A stretch of DNA of 64,000 nt from a virus. Made by a program: the position numbers and the translations under genes. The stretch lies in IMG/VR virus record IMGVR_UViG_3300020048_000012. One strand, written 5' to 3'. Every line of letters starts with the position of its first letter. Positions within the stretch are counted from its first letter, which is position 1. Below are positions 37,618 through 50,600 of the stretch, piece after piece. Under the pieces are notes generated by a model, which saw only the letters and a program-made list of their open reading frames with translations, did no database searches and was not told the DNA's origin.

Positions 37618-38161
37618 AGTCGAAACTTCTCTAGTACTTGATTTGCTTCAAAAAGACAACTATCTTCAACTTCTTCGTCAATAGATGCAAGAATAATTAA
37701 TCTAGAAAGCAATTCACATTCATGTTGCAAGTCTTTTGGTAACGAGGCAATGAATACGAGGTAATCTTCATATGTTTCGCAGGCCCACATAATGTCAAGA
37801 AAATCGCGTTGACGCTGAGTGATTCCAGTGATACTAATAGCCATTGTCATTCCTTACATTGTGTGATAGAGTTCCATACTTGGATCATTGCATGTTCCAA
37901 GATCTCGTCGAGGAATTTCACATTCGATTCCACTCAAAACATTCTTGACTTTGACAGTCGTATCGCCATTTAAACGTGCAATTCGTGCTACAAATTCTTT
38001 TTGTTTGCGCTTAGGAAGAAGTGCAAGCATCTCGATACAAGTGCTTTCTAGATATCCCGTGCAGTACGAATAAGTGCTATATTTCTCGACTTGATCTTTT
38101 ATCATTTGATCGAGTTCTTGACGAAATTCAATTTGATTATTGCTATTAAACATTTTAATCC

Positions 38162-39070
38162 TTAGTTGCAGAGGATATATTCTGCCATTGATTTCCAATC
38201 TTGTCCTGCGCTAGCACGAATTTTAGTCACTTGGATAAGTGTGCGCAAATTGATTTCTTTTGCTGCATTTTTCAATTCACGAATAAGAGCAAGAGCATCG
38301 AGTTTTTCAGTCATTGCAAATTCAGACATAAATTCTTCAGATTTTACAATGTGAGACATACGATCGATCTTCTGATCTTCAGTCATTGTCAGATCAATCA
38401 TCATTGAGCGACTACGAATTGCTTGATCGATAGCAGATTGGTCGAGATTCGAAATAAAGATTACACGACCAGTGAAGTTGAAGCTACGTGGCAGGTCTTC
38501 GTCACGCATGTCTGCGTTCCAGGAGATGATGCGCTTGCCGTATGAATCCAAAGCACCTTTAAGCAAATTCAAAGCAACAGGATCTTTCAGTACTGCGTCA
38601 CAGTCATCAAACACGATGACAGAATCGTTATTCTCAAAGAGAGTCCTATACAAACCCTTTGCAGTAGAGTAACCTTTGACTTGCACGAACACTTTTGCAC
38701 GATTGATACGAGTACCAACTTCAACATCAGACAAGTCAGACATATCTTTGTAACCAGCTTTTGCAAGCGTATTCAAAACTGTGAAAGTTTTTCCAAGACC
38801 ACCTTGACCTGTGATTACAGCAGATGCTTGAACATTCGAAGCAACCATGTTCACCAGTTTTTCGACAAAATCAAATCGCGTATTGATCTCAAACTTTGTA
38901 GAAACGCTTGGTTCGATTGCGCCGGCAATTTCGTCATAAGATTTCTTTACACCAGTGATCTTTTTGTACATGTATTCGATGTAGTCTTTCTTAGAAGTCT
39001 TGAATGCATTGCCGTCGATTTCGCAAGAATACTTACCAGAAGATTTTTCGAAGGAGATACGAGTAGACAT
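38162..39070 (-). CDS. AAA+-type ATPase
   Basis: GQGGLGKT Walker A, VIVFDDCD Walker B, FISN, RS. Confidence 0.85.
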   Translation of the reverse strand: MSTRISFEKSSGKYSCEIDGNAFKTSKKDYIEYMYKKITGVKKSYDEIAGAIEPSVSTKFEINTRFDFVEKLVNMVASNVQASAVITGQGGLGKTFTVLNTLAKAGYKDMSDLSDVEVGTRINRAKVFVQVKGYSTAKGLYRTLFENNDSVIVFDDCDAVLKDPVALNLLKGALDSYGKRIISWNADMRDEDLPRSFNFTGRVIFISNLDQSAIDQAIRSRSMMIDLTMTEDQKIDRMSHIVKSEEFMSEFAMTEKLDALALIRELKNAAKEINLRTLIQVTKIRASAGQDWKSMAEYILCN

Positions 39071-39196
39071 TTTACTTTGCTTGTTTGGTTTTGATGGATT
39101 TATTATACCACGAAATCTAATTTCTGTACACCGTTATTTTAAGCGTTCAGGATCACTCGAGTCTCTTTATGCTGGTAGATTACTAACAAATAGCAG

Positions 39197-39247
39197 GAAC
39201 AATGACGTACGTCTCTTTTAGTGCTCTAAGTTGTTGATTAATATAGG
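39197..39247 (-). repeat. IHF-site/palindrome repeat, copy 5
   Basis: Same motif. Confidence 0.85.
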
Positions 39248-41992
39248 TTACGATTGATCAAAGATCCGACAAATTGCACGGTGTCATGGTAATCACAGTC
39301 TTCTTCAGTGACTTTATAATCCTCTACGATCATTTCTTCTTTTACGTCTAGAACCATCTCGACGGGAACTTCCAAGACTTCAGCAATACGAAAGACATTG
39401 TCGCCTTGCTCGAGCAGTTCTGTGATGGCGAGATGGAGTTCACTCATTTTACTCATGATATGTCCTTTTGATTTGATGGATCTATTATACCACGAAATCT
39501 AATTAATGTACACCGTTATTTTAGCCTGTTTGGCGGCGTAAGCCAGAACTTTTTGGCTGCTTCGAATGTAAAATTTTTAGACGTCGAGATCTTAGTCAAA
39601 AAGTCTTCTTCTTCGTAAGTCAACGTCGGGACTTCTCGATCATGAATTTTAAAATGACTTTGAATACGGTTGCCGATCAAATACGCGACATTCGCTCCAT
39701 GCATATCATCATTATCGAACAAATTGTCGCCAATTGCATATGCTTCTTCTAGGCATACATCAATAATCGCTGATGCAAAGATGTCTTGAAACATTGCGTC
39801 AGAATACACCTCTGGAACAATCGACTGGCCCATTTCACGTTTTACAGCAGCTTTAGCTTTATCGACTAAATCTTGGATGACATTATTCATGATACAACAC
39901 GCCCATTTGCAATTGATTCCTTGGTCCAATTGAATGGATTGTCAAGCCACTTTTTGAATGCGGTCGTCATTGAAGGCTCACCTTTGAGAACTAATGTAAG
40001 ACCTGATGTCATGACATTAAAACTTACTAAAGATAAGCCAAGAAAGCGAGCATCTTCCATGTATTGATCAAATAATTTGTAATCTAGGTTTGTGTATGTA
40101 ACGGTATTCATAGTGTAAGTTCTTTCGGAGAATAATCGATTCGACCTTGATAGTCAAGTTGATCTTTTTCAAATGAAGTGAGATAATCGTCGTCAACTAT
40201 CTTCCAATCGATGACGTATTCATACAAATATTCGTTATTACGTTCTATCTTAGAGATAATCGCATCCACTACGCCAGCGCAGGCATCGAGCGTCTTAAAA
40301 TTCTTGACTACATAGTCACAACTGCCTTTGGCTTTCCAGTATTGAGGGCATTCGCCTTCACCATCCCACTCGTGGCCGCCATAATTTTCGTACACCTGAG
40401 TTATGAAAAGAAGCTTCATTAAACACCCAATTCTATAAGTTGAATTGCACGATCGTACGCTTTGTCTTCGGTGACAGTCCAAGTATAAACCTCACCATCA
40501 ATGATGATCGCATATCCTTCGTCTTGAAGTTCAATCTTTACGCGATTAGCAAGAGTTGCAACCAATGACTCGAAAGTCTTACCGGCATCGTACAGCATAA
40601 TTAAATCCTTTGTTTGAAGTGTCTATTATACCACAAAATCTAATTAATGTACACTGTTTTTCATAGTTCGCCTTCCTGTACGATCTTAGATGTTACAGGA
40701 GCATAACATCTCTTTACATGTCGCAATGCTTGTTTGGCGTCGCCGAATTGTTTTCTCGCCTTATAATGCACGAAAATATCATGCACATAAACCCATTTTG
40801 GATTTTTAAAGAAGAATGACAATTCTTCATATTGTGCATAGAACACAGAATGGCCAATCCCATCAATCTCTTCAATAATTCGATACTTCATCGTTATACC
40901 CAAATCGCTCTTCAATATACTGAATCTGTTCGTCTAATAATTCATTTTTATAACACCCAATGACTTCGCCATTGTATGGGTCTTTAGTCTTAGACTCATG
41001 TATTACTGTGATGCATTCTTCCATAAGTAATTTTGCGAATGCGTCAAGATATTCAGTTAGATCAACGTGACTCATCCATCCGGTTATCAATTCGCCATTA
41101 CATTTGTATACTAATTGTGATGCAATCACCAATTCTGTAATTCGTTCGTTCATAGCAATTGGAATTTAATTATCAAGCGTTCTAGCACTAAGTACCAAGA
41201 CCAAAATGGAATAAAAAGAGCGAAGAGTGTTGACCAAAATCCATTAGCAATCACGATTCCAGACACCCACATAATAATGAAAATAAGTTGTACAAAATTT
41301 TTCATTATCATTCCTTATTAATTTTATCCACGAGATCAGTCAAAGCCGTAAAAATGCTTCCGCGGTATTCAACTTCATAGCTATGTTTCTGACCATCTAT
41401 CATTGTAACAACAATTGCACTATTGTACGAATTTAATTCGACACTAGCAATCTGGCCTGATGCGACGTATAACCTATCAGATAATCTAATCATCATAATT
41501 TTTCCTATATCAATAAATTTTAGTGAATTGAAAATTCATTGGCACTTTTCTAGAACGTCTGCGATAAAAATGTCTTCAAATGATTCGTGATCAGATTCAA
41601 CTACTTTATTGCGGATAGTATTAAATGCACGAACCATTTCTACATAGTCACCCAGATGTTTTTCTAAATGTTTCTCGACCATAGCAATGGTATCTTCAAG
41701 ACACCAATTATCTAAACATGAAATCATCGTACGTACAATACATTCAAGTTGATCTGCTGTTTGAGCATCATATACCTTGATATCACCATAACTTTTCCAT
41801 ACAACTACCTTCATTATTTCTCCACAGGCCAGTATTTATCGGAGAATCGTCGGCACCAAGTGCCACATGCTGCACATCCGATTAGCGTAAATACAATTTT
41901 AAAAAAATCTAAACTGATCAACTGAATTCCAACGATGATTGCAATCATCAGCACGAACATAAAAATTCGCATTTGTTTATTAGTAAATTTCA

Positions 41993-42217
41993 TTATTCAA
42001 CTCCAAAGTGTTTCTTGATCAGTTCTGCACACCGCATATCAGCGGTAGTGATTCCAAACCCACCACCATCAGTATAATATTGGTCAGTGCATAGGTCAGC
42101 ACACTTTAACACAATCAACTCTGCGAATTTTTTCTCCCATTCCCAAGCATAGTTTTTGTCAATGCCAGCACATTCTTTTTCTGCTTGTTCAGCTAATTCT
42201 TTAATGCGTTCGTTCAT
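41993..42217 (-). CDS. MNERIKEL-family small protein (representative of about 10 paralogs)
   Basis: MNERIKELAEQA..KKFAELIV..C..IKKHFGVE. Confidence 0.75.
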   Translation of the reverse strand: MNERIKELAEQAEKECAGIDKNYAWEWEKKFAELIVLKCADLCTDQYYTDGGGFGITTADMRCAELIKKHFGVE

Positions 42218-44425
42218 TTCAGCTCCAAAAGTTCTTTTTCTTCTTCAGTCAATTTATCTAATGCAACTTGCCTAGCCAAAAACTTGCGAATTGCCTCTGC
42301 TTCACGTTCTTCTTTCCATTCGACTTCTCGGTTGATACGGTGCAATTCTTCGTCTGTATCTGATCCATATTTTAAATCCAATGTGGCTTTATTATAACTA
42401 TCGTCACGATCATGCAATAAGAAAGTCATATCTTTCACCTTCACTTCAAAATTTGCAGCTTGGGCTCGTTGCAACAACGCCATAAGACGTTGTGGATAAG
42501 TCACTCGCTGTTCTTCGTAATACATTGTGAGCTCAACTGCCACACGAGCTGTACGTTCAGATTTTGTTTCTTTTGTCATAATATATTCTCGATTTAAAGG
42601 AATTGTACGTTCTTACGAATTTTAATGCTACGGATGATTCGCATCTGGTCATCAAGCAAAATACTGAGAAGTACTTTACGCATTGGATCAGTTTCGGCTC
42701 TCCATTTGTTTTGAAGCTCCAAAGCAGTTGATACTGCAGCATTTTTGCGAATATGTTTCTTAACTTGATCTGGATCAACAAGAGCTTGACGCCCACCGAT
42801 TGTCATTTGAACTTTTTGCATATTAGGTCCTTTTGATTTGATAGATGAATTATATCACAAAATCAAACTAAATCAAAAACTATTGCAAATATAACTTTTA
42901 TTCATTAAACGAAATAGTCAGCCACAAAGAATAACTATCCCATTTCATATCAGGAAATGATTCTTCCACTACTTCATCAATAATGTTATAATTTTTTATG
43001 TCATGTGTGATAATTGTAGGAAGAAAATGAGATTGATGTATGCGATAACCAATCTTAGGAATCGAATACATCCCACTAAACTTATTCTCTGCAAGTGTTG
43101 CTTTATTAACAATCAAGTATTCTAATATAGATTTGATTGCAAGTTTCATTGAATTGGAGTTCATGATGTTATCATTTTTTGTTAGTTAACAAGCGATTGA
43201 TTGGCTTGGTTCCATCGAAACCCCAAGCACTGGAAGTAGAATTCACTCATGAGTTCTGCTGGTGCCAGTTTGATCGTTGCGATTATCATTTCAATTGTTC
43301 CTGTAAAAGAGCCATGCATTAAATGATTTGAAGTTTACTTGACCAGTCTTAACCCATTCGTACATCAGCTTTTCAGTCACTTCTTCAATGGTGTAAACTT
43401 TACAGTTTGAAGAGAAAGTGTGTTTGTCTGCATTATAAGTAATCATTCTATTTCCTTGATTTGATAGATTTATTATACCATAAAATCTAATTAATGTACA
43501 CCGTTTAATAAGGTTGACTCATGCGCCAATCCAAGCAAGCGTACTTGTTTTGAGGAAACATTTTATTCCACTTCTTGACATGAATGTAATGCGTGCCTGG
43601 GGAACAGTCGCCAATTTTTACTTTGTTGGCATAATACTCCATTGTGCGAGGGTTTGTATCAAAGTGCCAACATAGTGCCAAAAACTCTGCCGGTGTGCAA
43701 TAAGCGTGTACTGCGTCTTGATAAAACTGTGTGCACTTGCGCAAAGCACGCTTAGTGATCTTTGGAATGCTTTTGCGATCTGGCGTCATAACATTACTTA
43801 AAATTAATTGGGACACAAAATTTATCTTTCCATGCTCGATATGCATTACTTAAAAATGTATCGCTCTTAGGAGATTTGTGTTTATTTAAATTCTTTTCAT
43901 TGTAATGATCAAACGCTTTGAACGCCATATAAACACCAGTGAATATCACGCCAGCACCAGATAAAATCATACCAACATTACCGACCTCGGTGAAAAACCA
44001 CTGACCAACCAACACGCTAAAATAGATACCAAGTAATGTATGAATCACGATATTTGAAACCGTAGCGAAAAAAACAATGCCAACAATTACTAAAAATAGA
44101 GCAAAAAGTACTCGCTTACTATATGTGCAGATATCACCGGAATCACCACTTACTGTATACAATTCGCCATCGCCCCAAATGTCTTGTTGATGCGGTGCTT
44201 CGTATAATTTGAGCTTCGACACCAGACGATAGTGCCAAGAGTTCTTGTTAAAATTCAATGCTTTCATATTATTCCATGATTTTGATTAATTACATTCTAG
44301 CTGAGCCACAGCTATATGGAACAGAATGCTCAAGCCCTTTGTGTCCGCATGTTCCAATTATTGGAGAAGGGCACAAGTCTTTATAAGGACACTCAGTATT
44401 AGGAGGTATTTTCCCGTCGATTAAT

Positions 44426-44878
44426 TTATTCATGAGATGCCAACACTTTTCGAAGTTCTAAATAAAACATCTGATACTTTGTCATACGTGCAAGATCTTT
44501 TTCAGTGACACCTTTCAACCGACGAATATCAGAGTTGTGACGCAAGTCAGCCATCTTCACTCGCATTGCATCGATGCTAGACATCACAACCAATTTGTAT
44601 TCATCGAGCGTCTGGCCAGGTTGCTTCGTCAAAGCTCGAATAGCATCAATAACTCGCTCGGAGATTCCTGCTACTCGAAGATCTGCGTATGTGACTGAGG
44701 TATCTTCGATCACATCATGACCAAGGGCGATACACATCAGTTCTTCGTCATCGCTTTTCAAATAATGCATGACTTTCAGAGGATGCAAGATGTAAGGCAT
44801 GCCGCCTTTATCGAATTGACCATGATGAGCCGAAGTCGCAATATGCAACATTTGAGCAATCATTTCACCTTTTTTCAT
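44426..44878 (-). CDS. HD-domain (p)ppGpp-hydrolase-like protein (Mesh1/SAH-like)
   Basis: AHHGQ.DK.G.PYILHP, HDVIEDT, VKMADL.HN. Confidence 0.85.
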   Translation of the reverse strand: MKKGEMIAQMLHIATSAHHGQFDKGGMPYILHPLKVMHYLKSDDEELMCIALGHDVIEDTSVTYADLRVAGISERVIDAIRALTKQPGQTLDEYKLVVMSSIDAMRVKMADLRHNSDIRRLKGVTEKDLARMTKYQMFYLELRKVLASHE

Positions 44879-45627
44879 TCTATACTCCTTGGAATCATTC
44901 TTTCAAGTTTACGGCGGTTAATTTGTTTAACTTTGCCAAGCCGACCAGGCTTCCGATACAAATATCCCCACTTGAGCGTCGTGATTAAGTCGTACCCTTG
45001 CACATAGACTTTAGCGTATTTGTTTTGATCATATGACAATACAATCACGTGACGAATTGGTGCAGGCATTTCAGCAGCGTCACCAAGATCAACGAACGGG
45101 TAGTCCGTCCAAGCAGAAACGCGGTTGCATTTTTTCATATCCTACTCCTTCGTTAATGCCTGGGCATAAGTTTCACCGCCTTGATCACGTGCAACACTCA
45201 CACCACCTGCCAGCTTCCATCCAAAAGCAAGAAACTCTTCGACCTTCACGGCCAATTTCCAAGTAGAACTCTCAGTCAGTACAGTATATCTCATAATAAA
45301 TCCTTAACGATCTTTGAGACGTTTCATCACAGCGACGACTTCTGGATCTTCCATCAGTTCATTGAACTTTTCAGTGGCGAACTCAACGATGAAAGCTTCT
45401 TCTTCAGGCGTAAGTGGAATGTATTTTGGCGCATTAGGAGTTCCGATTTCTCGCTTGATCATGCAAAGCATTTCATAACGTTGTTTGCGGGTGAGAAAGT
45501 TCATTTTGATTCATTCCTTGATTTGATAGATTAATTATACCACAAGATCTAATTAATGTACACCGTTATTTTGAGTCACAAGATGTCACAAATGCCATGA
45601 ACGAGTATGTCTACCCACTCATGGCAT

Positions 45628-45678
45628 GAACAATGACGTACGTCACTATTGGTGCTCTAAGTTGTTGATTTATATAGG
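45628..45678 (-). repeat. IHF-site/palindrome repeat, copy 6
   Basis: Same motif. Confidence 0.85.
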
Positions 45679-47093
45679 GCTCTTTTATCACCAAGAGCCT
45701 TGAATAGTTCCTCAATCTCATTTGCGGCTTCTTCGAGAAGGTCTGCGATACGGTCTGGTTGACCCTCTTGAACACTTTTACGTGTCAAAATCTGCCTACG
45801 TATCTCGGCTCGTTTGCGCAAGCGGTAAATCAGTGTGTGTTCAGTCAAATCACCTATCACTTTAGCAAGACGTTCATCGAAAGTGCCCGTCAGAATTTCG
45901 TAATCGGCGCCGGAATTATCGAGGTGATCGATGTAAAATTCATGACCTTTTTGACGAAATGTTTCATCTTGTCGAGTTCCATCTTGCACCATCGGAAAAT
46001 CTGGAGCGCATACGTAGACTTTATGGTATCGATAATCACTATCATAGACCATATTCAACAATGAAGTCGAAACTCGATCAAATAATTCCCGACTATAAAA
46101 CAGTGTAGTCAAAGGAGATGTGTCGCAAAACAAATATTGATCAAATGATAAACGATTTACATGACTATCTTCAAGTTCCAATTGAGTCTTAGCGATGTAT
46201 TCCATATCCTCATACATCAATTTTTGATTACGGTTATCATAATGAGTACGACCAAACTCGAATGCTGCCGCAGAGTTAAAGTGTTTGAACAAGGCTGCGA
46301 CTAATGTCGATTTACCGGTAGACTCACCGCCAAGAAATAAAATTTTACGAACAAATGACGCAATAACAATTGGCGACATATATTTTTCAACAAGTGAACG
46401 ATCACCAGATGATAAAGCTTTACGCAATTGTGTTCCAGATATCGAGAATTTTTCTCTGGCACTATCAACCATTACATGATCAACCACAATTTGTTGTTTT
46501 GGAAAAGCATTAGAAAAATAATTTGTCAGATACTCAGCGAATCCTTCGCCATATGGTTCAGAAGTAAACACAGCTTGTACTGTAGTTTCCAATGAATCTA
46601 ATAGAAAGTTAGCGCAATACTGACGGTGAATTTTATCACTAGCATTGTCTTGCAAATATACATCTGCATCATCGATTACGTGAATGCTTAGACGATCCTG
46701 ATCACACTCAATGTGTTTTAACCACTTTCTACGGTTTTCTGCATCACACCCTTCAAAAGATTCGGATGTATATGACAGGACAATAACCTTTTCACATTGT
46801 TCTAGTGCTGTCTTGATGAGATATTCGTGTCCTTTATGCAATGGGCAAAACTTACCAACTACAAATCCTGTGACATATTTCTTAGCGCTTTCATGCGCAT
46901 TAAACCATTCTTGCATAGCTTGAAAAGCTTTTTCTCGATTGCCATACTGACTACGTTCTGTAGTGCTCGCAAAGATTTTTCCTGTAGGAATGTGGGTGAT
47001 CCTAATACCACTACTATTAATTGGTGCAAAACCACCCATTTGCACACAAATCACGTCTACTCTAATATCTTTTGGGCTTAGTGTGTTTTTCAT
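45657..47093 (-). CDS. nadR: NadR-like NMN adenylyltransferase/NR kinase with N-terminal release-factor-like domain
   Basis: GKFCPLHKGH (HxGH), GGESTGKST, CDTSPLTT; N-terminal GIRITHIPTG...ERSQYGN. Confidence 0.88.
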   Translation of the reverse strand: MKNTLSPKDIRVDVICVQMGGFAPINSSGIRITHIPTGKIFASTTERSQYGNREKAFQAMQEWFNAHESAKKYVTGFVVGKFCPLHKGHEYLIKTALEQCEKVIVLSYTSESFEGCDAENRRKWLKHIECDQDRLSIHVIDDADVYLQDNASDKIHRQYCANFLLDSLETTVQAVFTSEPYGEGFAEYLTNYFSNAFPKQQIVVDHVMVDSAREKFSISGTQLRKALSSGDRSLVEKYMSPIVIASFVRKILFLGGESTGKSTLVAALFKHFNSAAAFEFGRTHYDNRNQKLMYEDMEYIAKTQLELEDSHVNRLSFDQYLFCDTSPLTTLFYSRELFDRVSTSLLNMVYDSDYRYHKVYVCAPDFPMVQDGTRQDETFRQKGHEFYIDHLDNSGADYEILTGTFDERLAKVIGDLTEHTLIYRLRKRAEIRRQILTRKSVQEGQPDRIADLLEEAANEIEELFKALGDKRALYKSTT

Positions 47094-47671
47094 TTTTGTT
47101 CCTTTATCAATTTCTTCCAATGGAAATATGAATACACCGCATTAACCCAGAATGCTCCATACATAATGCTAGTAAGATACAGTTCGCGAGACCAAAACAA
47201 TGGAACTGACATCGTATTTACAAATACCCACACTTTCCACGTTTGAATAGATCGGCCCATTAGCAATAGTTGTGCTACCACAGAGAATGCAAGTACAGCA
47301 GAATCTATCCATGGAGCATATGCATCAGTAAACGTGCGAAGGATCATGCCATACATCACGGTCACTGCCACTGCTGCAATCATTGCAAAAGCCATCCAAA
47401 AAGGTGTTGCTTTATTGATTAGGGTTTCTTTTGCATCGGGCGTTTTGAAAAAATCCACGCCTTTCCATTTCATCCAACCAATAACACCAGTGACAAAGAA
47501 GAAGATTTGCAGTGTAGCGTCAGCATAAAGCTGAACTTTGTAAAACATGACACCGTAGAGCGCGCAACCAACAAGACCTGTCCACCAAGTGTGAATAGAA
47601 TTTCTGCCTGCAAGGAAAATACAAACAACGGTGAAGAAGTTTGCAGCAAGTTCAAGAGGTGTCCAAGTCAT
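47090..47671 (-). CDS. pnuC: Nicotinamide riboside transporter PnuC
   Basis: Multi-TM; LYADATLQIFF, P.IDSA..AFSVVAQLL. Confidence 0.92.
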   Translation of the reverse strand: MTWTPLELAANFFTVVCIFLAGRNSIHTWWTGLVGCALYGVMFYKVQLYADATLQIFFFVTGVIGWMKWKGVDFFKTPDAKETLINKATPFWMAFAMIAAVAVTVMYGMILRTFTDAYAPWIDSAVLAFSVVAQLLLMGRSIQTWKVWVFVNTMSVPLFWSRELYLTSIMYGAFWVNAVYSYFHWKKLIKEQK

Positions 47672-50600
47672 AATATATTCCTTTGATGTGATAGATTAAT
47701 TATACCATAAAATCTAATTGATGTACACCACTTTTAAACGGCTTAATGAGCGCATCGTATACTTTTTTAGCATCTTCGGCGGTATCAAAATTGGCATTCA
47801 TACATTCACGTCGTTCATCGTGTCCGTGTTTGAGAATAATTTGCACAAAACTAAATGATAAATCACTTCCGGCAAATCCACCAGCACCAGAATTATTCAC
47901 TGGCTGCGCACATTTTACATCATTAATGGTGATTGTTTTCGGTGCAATACGATATTCATATTGATATCGGCCTGCGTTCATATTAGCAAAGAATAAATTG
48001 GGTTGACATGTATACCACGCACGATAACACTCTTGTTCTGTCGTGTCACGAAGTTCAATAGTCTCACCTTCTGCGATTGCGATCAAAATTGTTGCATATG
48101 GATGTTTATTCATTTTGTTTCTCCAAGTTGTGCAGCGCATAACACAATAGCGCGGCGAGTGGCTGCATCACAGTCTCCACTATATAATTGCTGTGATTTT
48201 GTAGTCGATCCATCTTTACTCACTGTCCATACTTCACAACCATAGTTGTATGTACCACTAAAATCTTTGTCGTAATCGATTTCAATTAGAGCGTCTGATT
48301 CGATTGATAATTTAAGTTTAATGGCTAGTCTCAGCGCGGCACCGTCATCGTCTGCTGGTTGCCAGTAAAACCGAACACCTAGTAGGTCATCATAGACATA
48401 CGCGCAAGTGTCCGATTCAAAATGACAGATGCGGTAACCAACCGCCTTCGCTGCTAGTTCCAATAGTTCACGATCTGTTTTCATACTTTCCTGTTCCAAG
48501 ACACATTTCACAATCCCACGTTCCACCCGTAAATTGACCACCTAGTTCGCCCGCGCCCTCGCAAACAGGACATATTCCTTGATCATACCAGACTATATCA
48601 CGTTTTTCTTTTGCTTCTTTATCTGCCAACAATTGCTTTGCCATTTTATCGACAGACTCTTGAAATGTCAATGGCTTCTTAGGTCGAAGTTGCTCAAGCT
48701 CTCTTAGTTGTGTTTCAATGATATTCTGATAATCATTAATATCATTACTAAGAGATTGTGTATCAGTCTCATATTTTATAATGAGTTGATCAATAATATC
48801 TGCAGCCTCAATTCTATCGCCTGACGTATAATCTCTTAGGTTTCTAGAAGCATATCTAGCGCGTTGAATAATGTTCATGATTGCTTTCTTGCTGCCAACA
48901 TTGCTAGAAAGACAGCTTTCCACGTATTCGGCGTCCCTCTTTTATACAAATCCTCAATTGATTCTGCGGCCTCGATCATCTCTGGTGTAACATCCTTATA
49001 TCCTATGCGCATGCACTGTGTGCATGCTTGCACTGGTGCTTCATCTGGATCGTCAAGTGCACTAGCAAGTTTGTGCATCTTTTCAATATCAGCGTCTGTC
49101 CATGGTGGCACTGAATGTGAGTCTGTAGTGTCAAAATTCATCAGCGATAGTTGATGGCGCACAGATGAATCCTCGGAGTAACCAGCTTGCTCCAAAAGTG
49201 AATCAACAGAGTCTCGAATTTTTTTATTCCAGTCATTATTTGCTGGTTGTACACCAGATTCTAAATAGAGCCGTTCAGTCTTAAATCCTTCGGCTTCATA
49301 TTCTAACAATGCTGGCAATGTACTGACAATAATCGATCGCGTTTTGTTGTCGGCCTTACTAAGAATAAATCCTGCAACAGGATCTTGGCTTTTCTTGATA
49401 CTGTCATGTTCTGTATTTTTAAGTGTACTCATGATTATTCCTTAATGTTGTGAGCGGCTTCTACAAAATCTTTTATTAGTTTTGCACTCCGCAATAACCT
49501 CATTATAGCATGTCTTTGAGTTGAACCGCCTACAAAAGTTGTCAGACCTACAAGTTCTTGGGATCCAGTTCGCAGAAGTAATTCCAAAAACTTATCATCG
49601 GTTAGTGGCTTGCGCTCTTGTGCTTGCACTGGTGCTGCGTACACTGGCGTGATTGACTTGCAGTTGTCTGTGTAGACACTCTTGGTGTCTTTGTGGAACT
49701 GAAACTGGAATGGCCCTTGACAGTTGTGCTCTGACACATAACCGAACGGCTCCTGCTTCGGTGCTGGCTGTGCCTCTGCCTCTTGGATCGCAGTGTCAAG
49801 GTTTTCAATAGCCTTGGTGCACGTCTTCACCAAACCTTCTCGGCCTTCACGACCCTCCACACGCGAAATAGTTTCAAATGTTTTACGGGCCTGCTTCATT
49901 GCTGTGATGCTCATGCTATATCGTCCTCGGTGATTTTCATCTCCTGCACGTTGAGTACTTTCCAATAGCGGATAGTCACATGCTTCTTTGCCCATGCAGT
50001 AATCAACTCGCCAAGCTCCATCTTCTCGGCTTCGGTAACGTCAGTAAAACAGTTGTCGTAAACCTCACCAATTTCTTCATGGGCGCGTTCATCGCACTGC
50101 TCCAAAAACGAGTCAACATCAATGCAGTCAGCATGAGTCATCTCTTTCTTTTCACCGCGCCAATAGGTCGCCCCAATCGGATTTTCAAGGTCGAGGTAGT
50201 CAATCACATCACCAATGGTTTCGTGATTGAACATTTCTTCATCGGTGCTGTAGCAGTATTCAATTTCTTTGGTTGTCATTTCAACTCCTGTATTGCGGTG
50301 ATGGCTGCTTTGGCTAGTTGCACTACCGGTATTTCCTTATCGCCTACATGCTCAGGAAAATCCTTGTGCCATTCGAGATACATAGATATGGTTTCCGTAA
50401 AAGCCTCCAGAGCCTGCTCAAGCACCTTGCGCTGCTCGTCTACCTTTGAGTTTGCGCTTTGCCATCCTTTGAGGTTTGCTGAGGCCTTTGTTGTCATTAG
50501 CCGCAATCCAGCATTCAGCCTTTCAATCTCCGCATCACGCTCTGCGAGTGCTGTGCGGAGCTCGTTGATCTCTGCTTGCATTGCCGCTTCTTTTGTGCGT

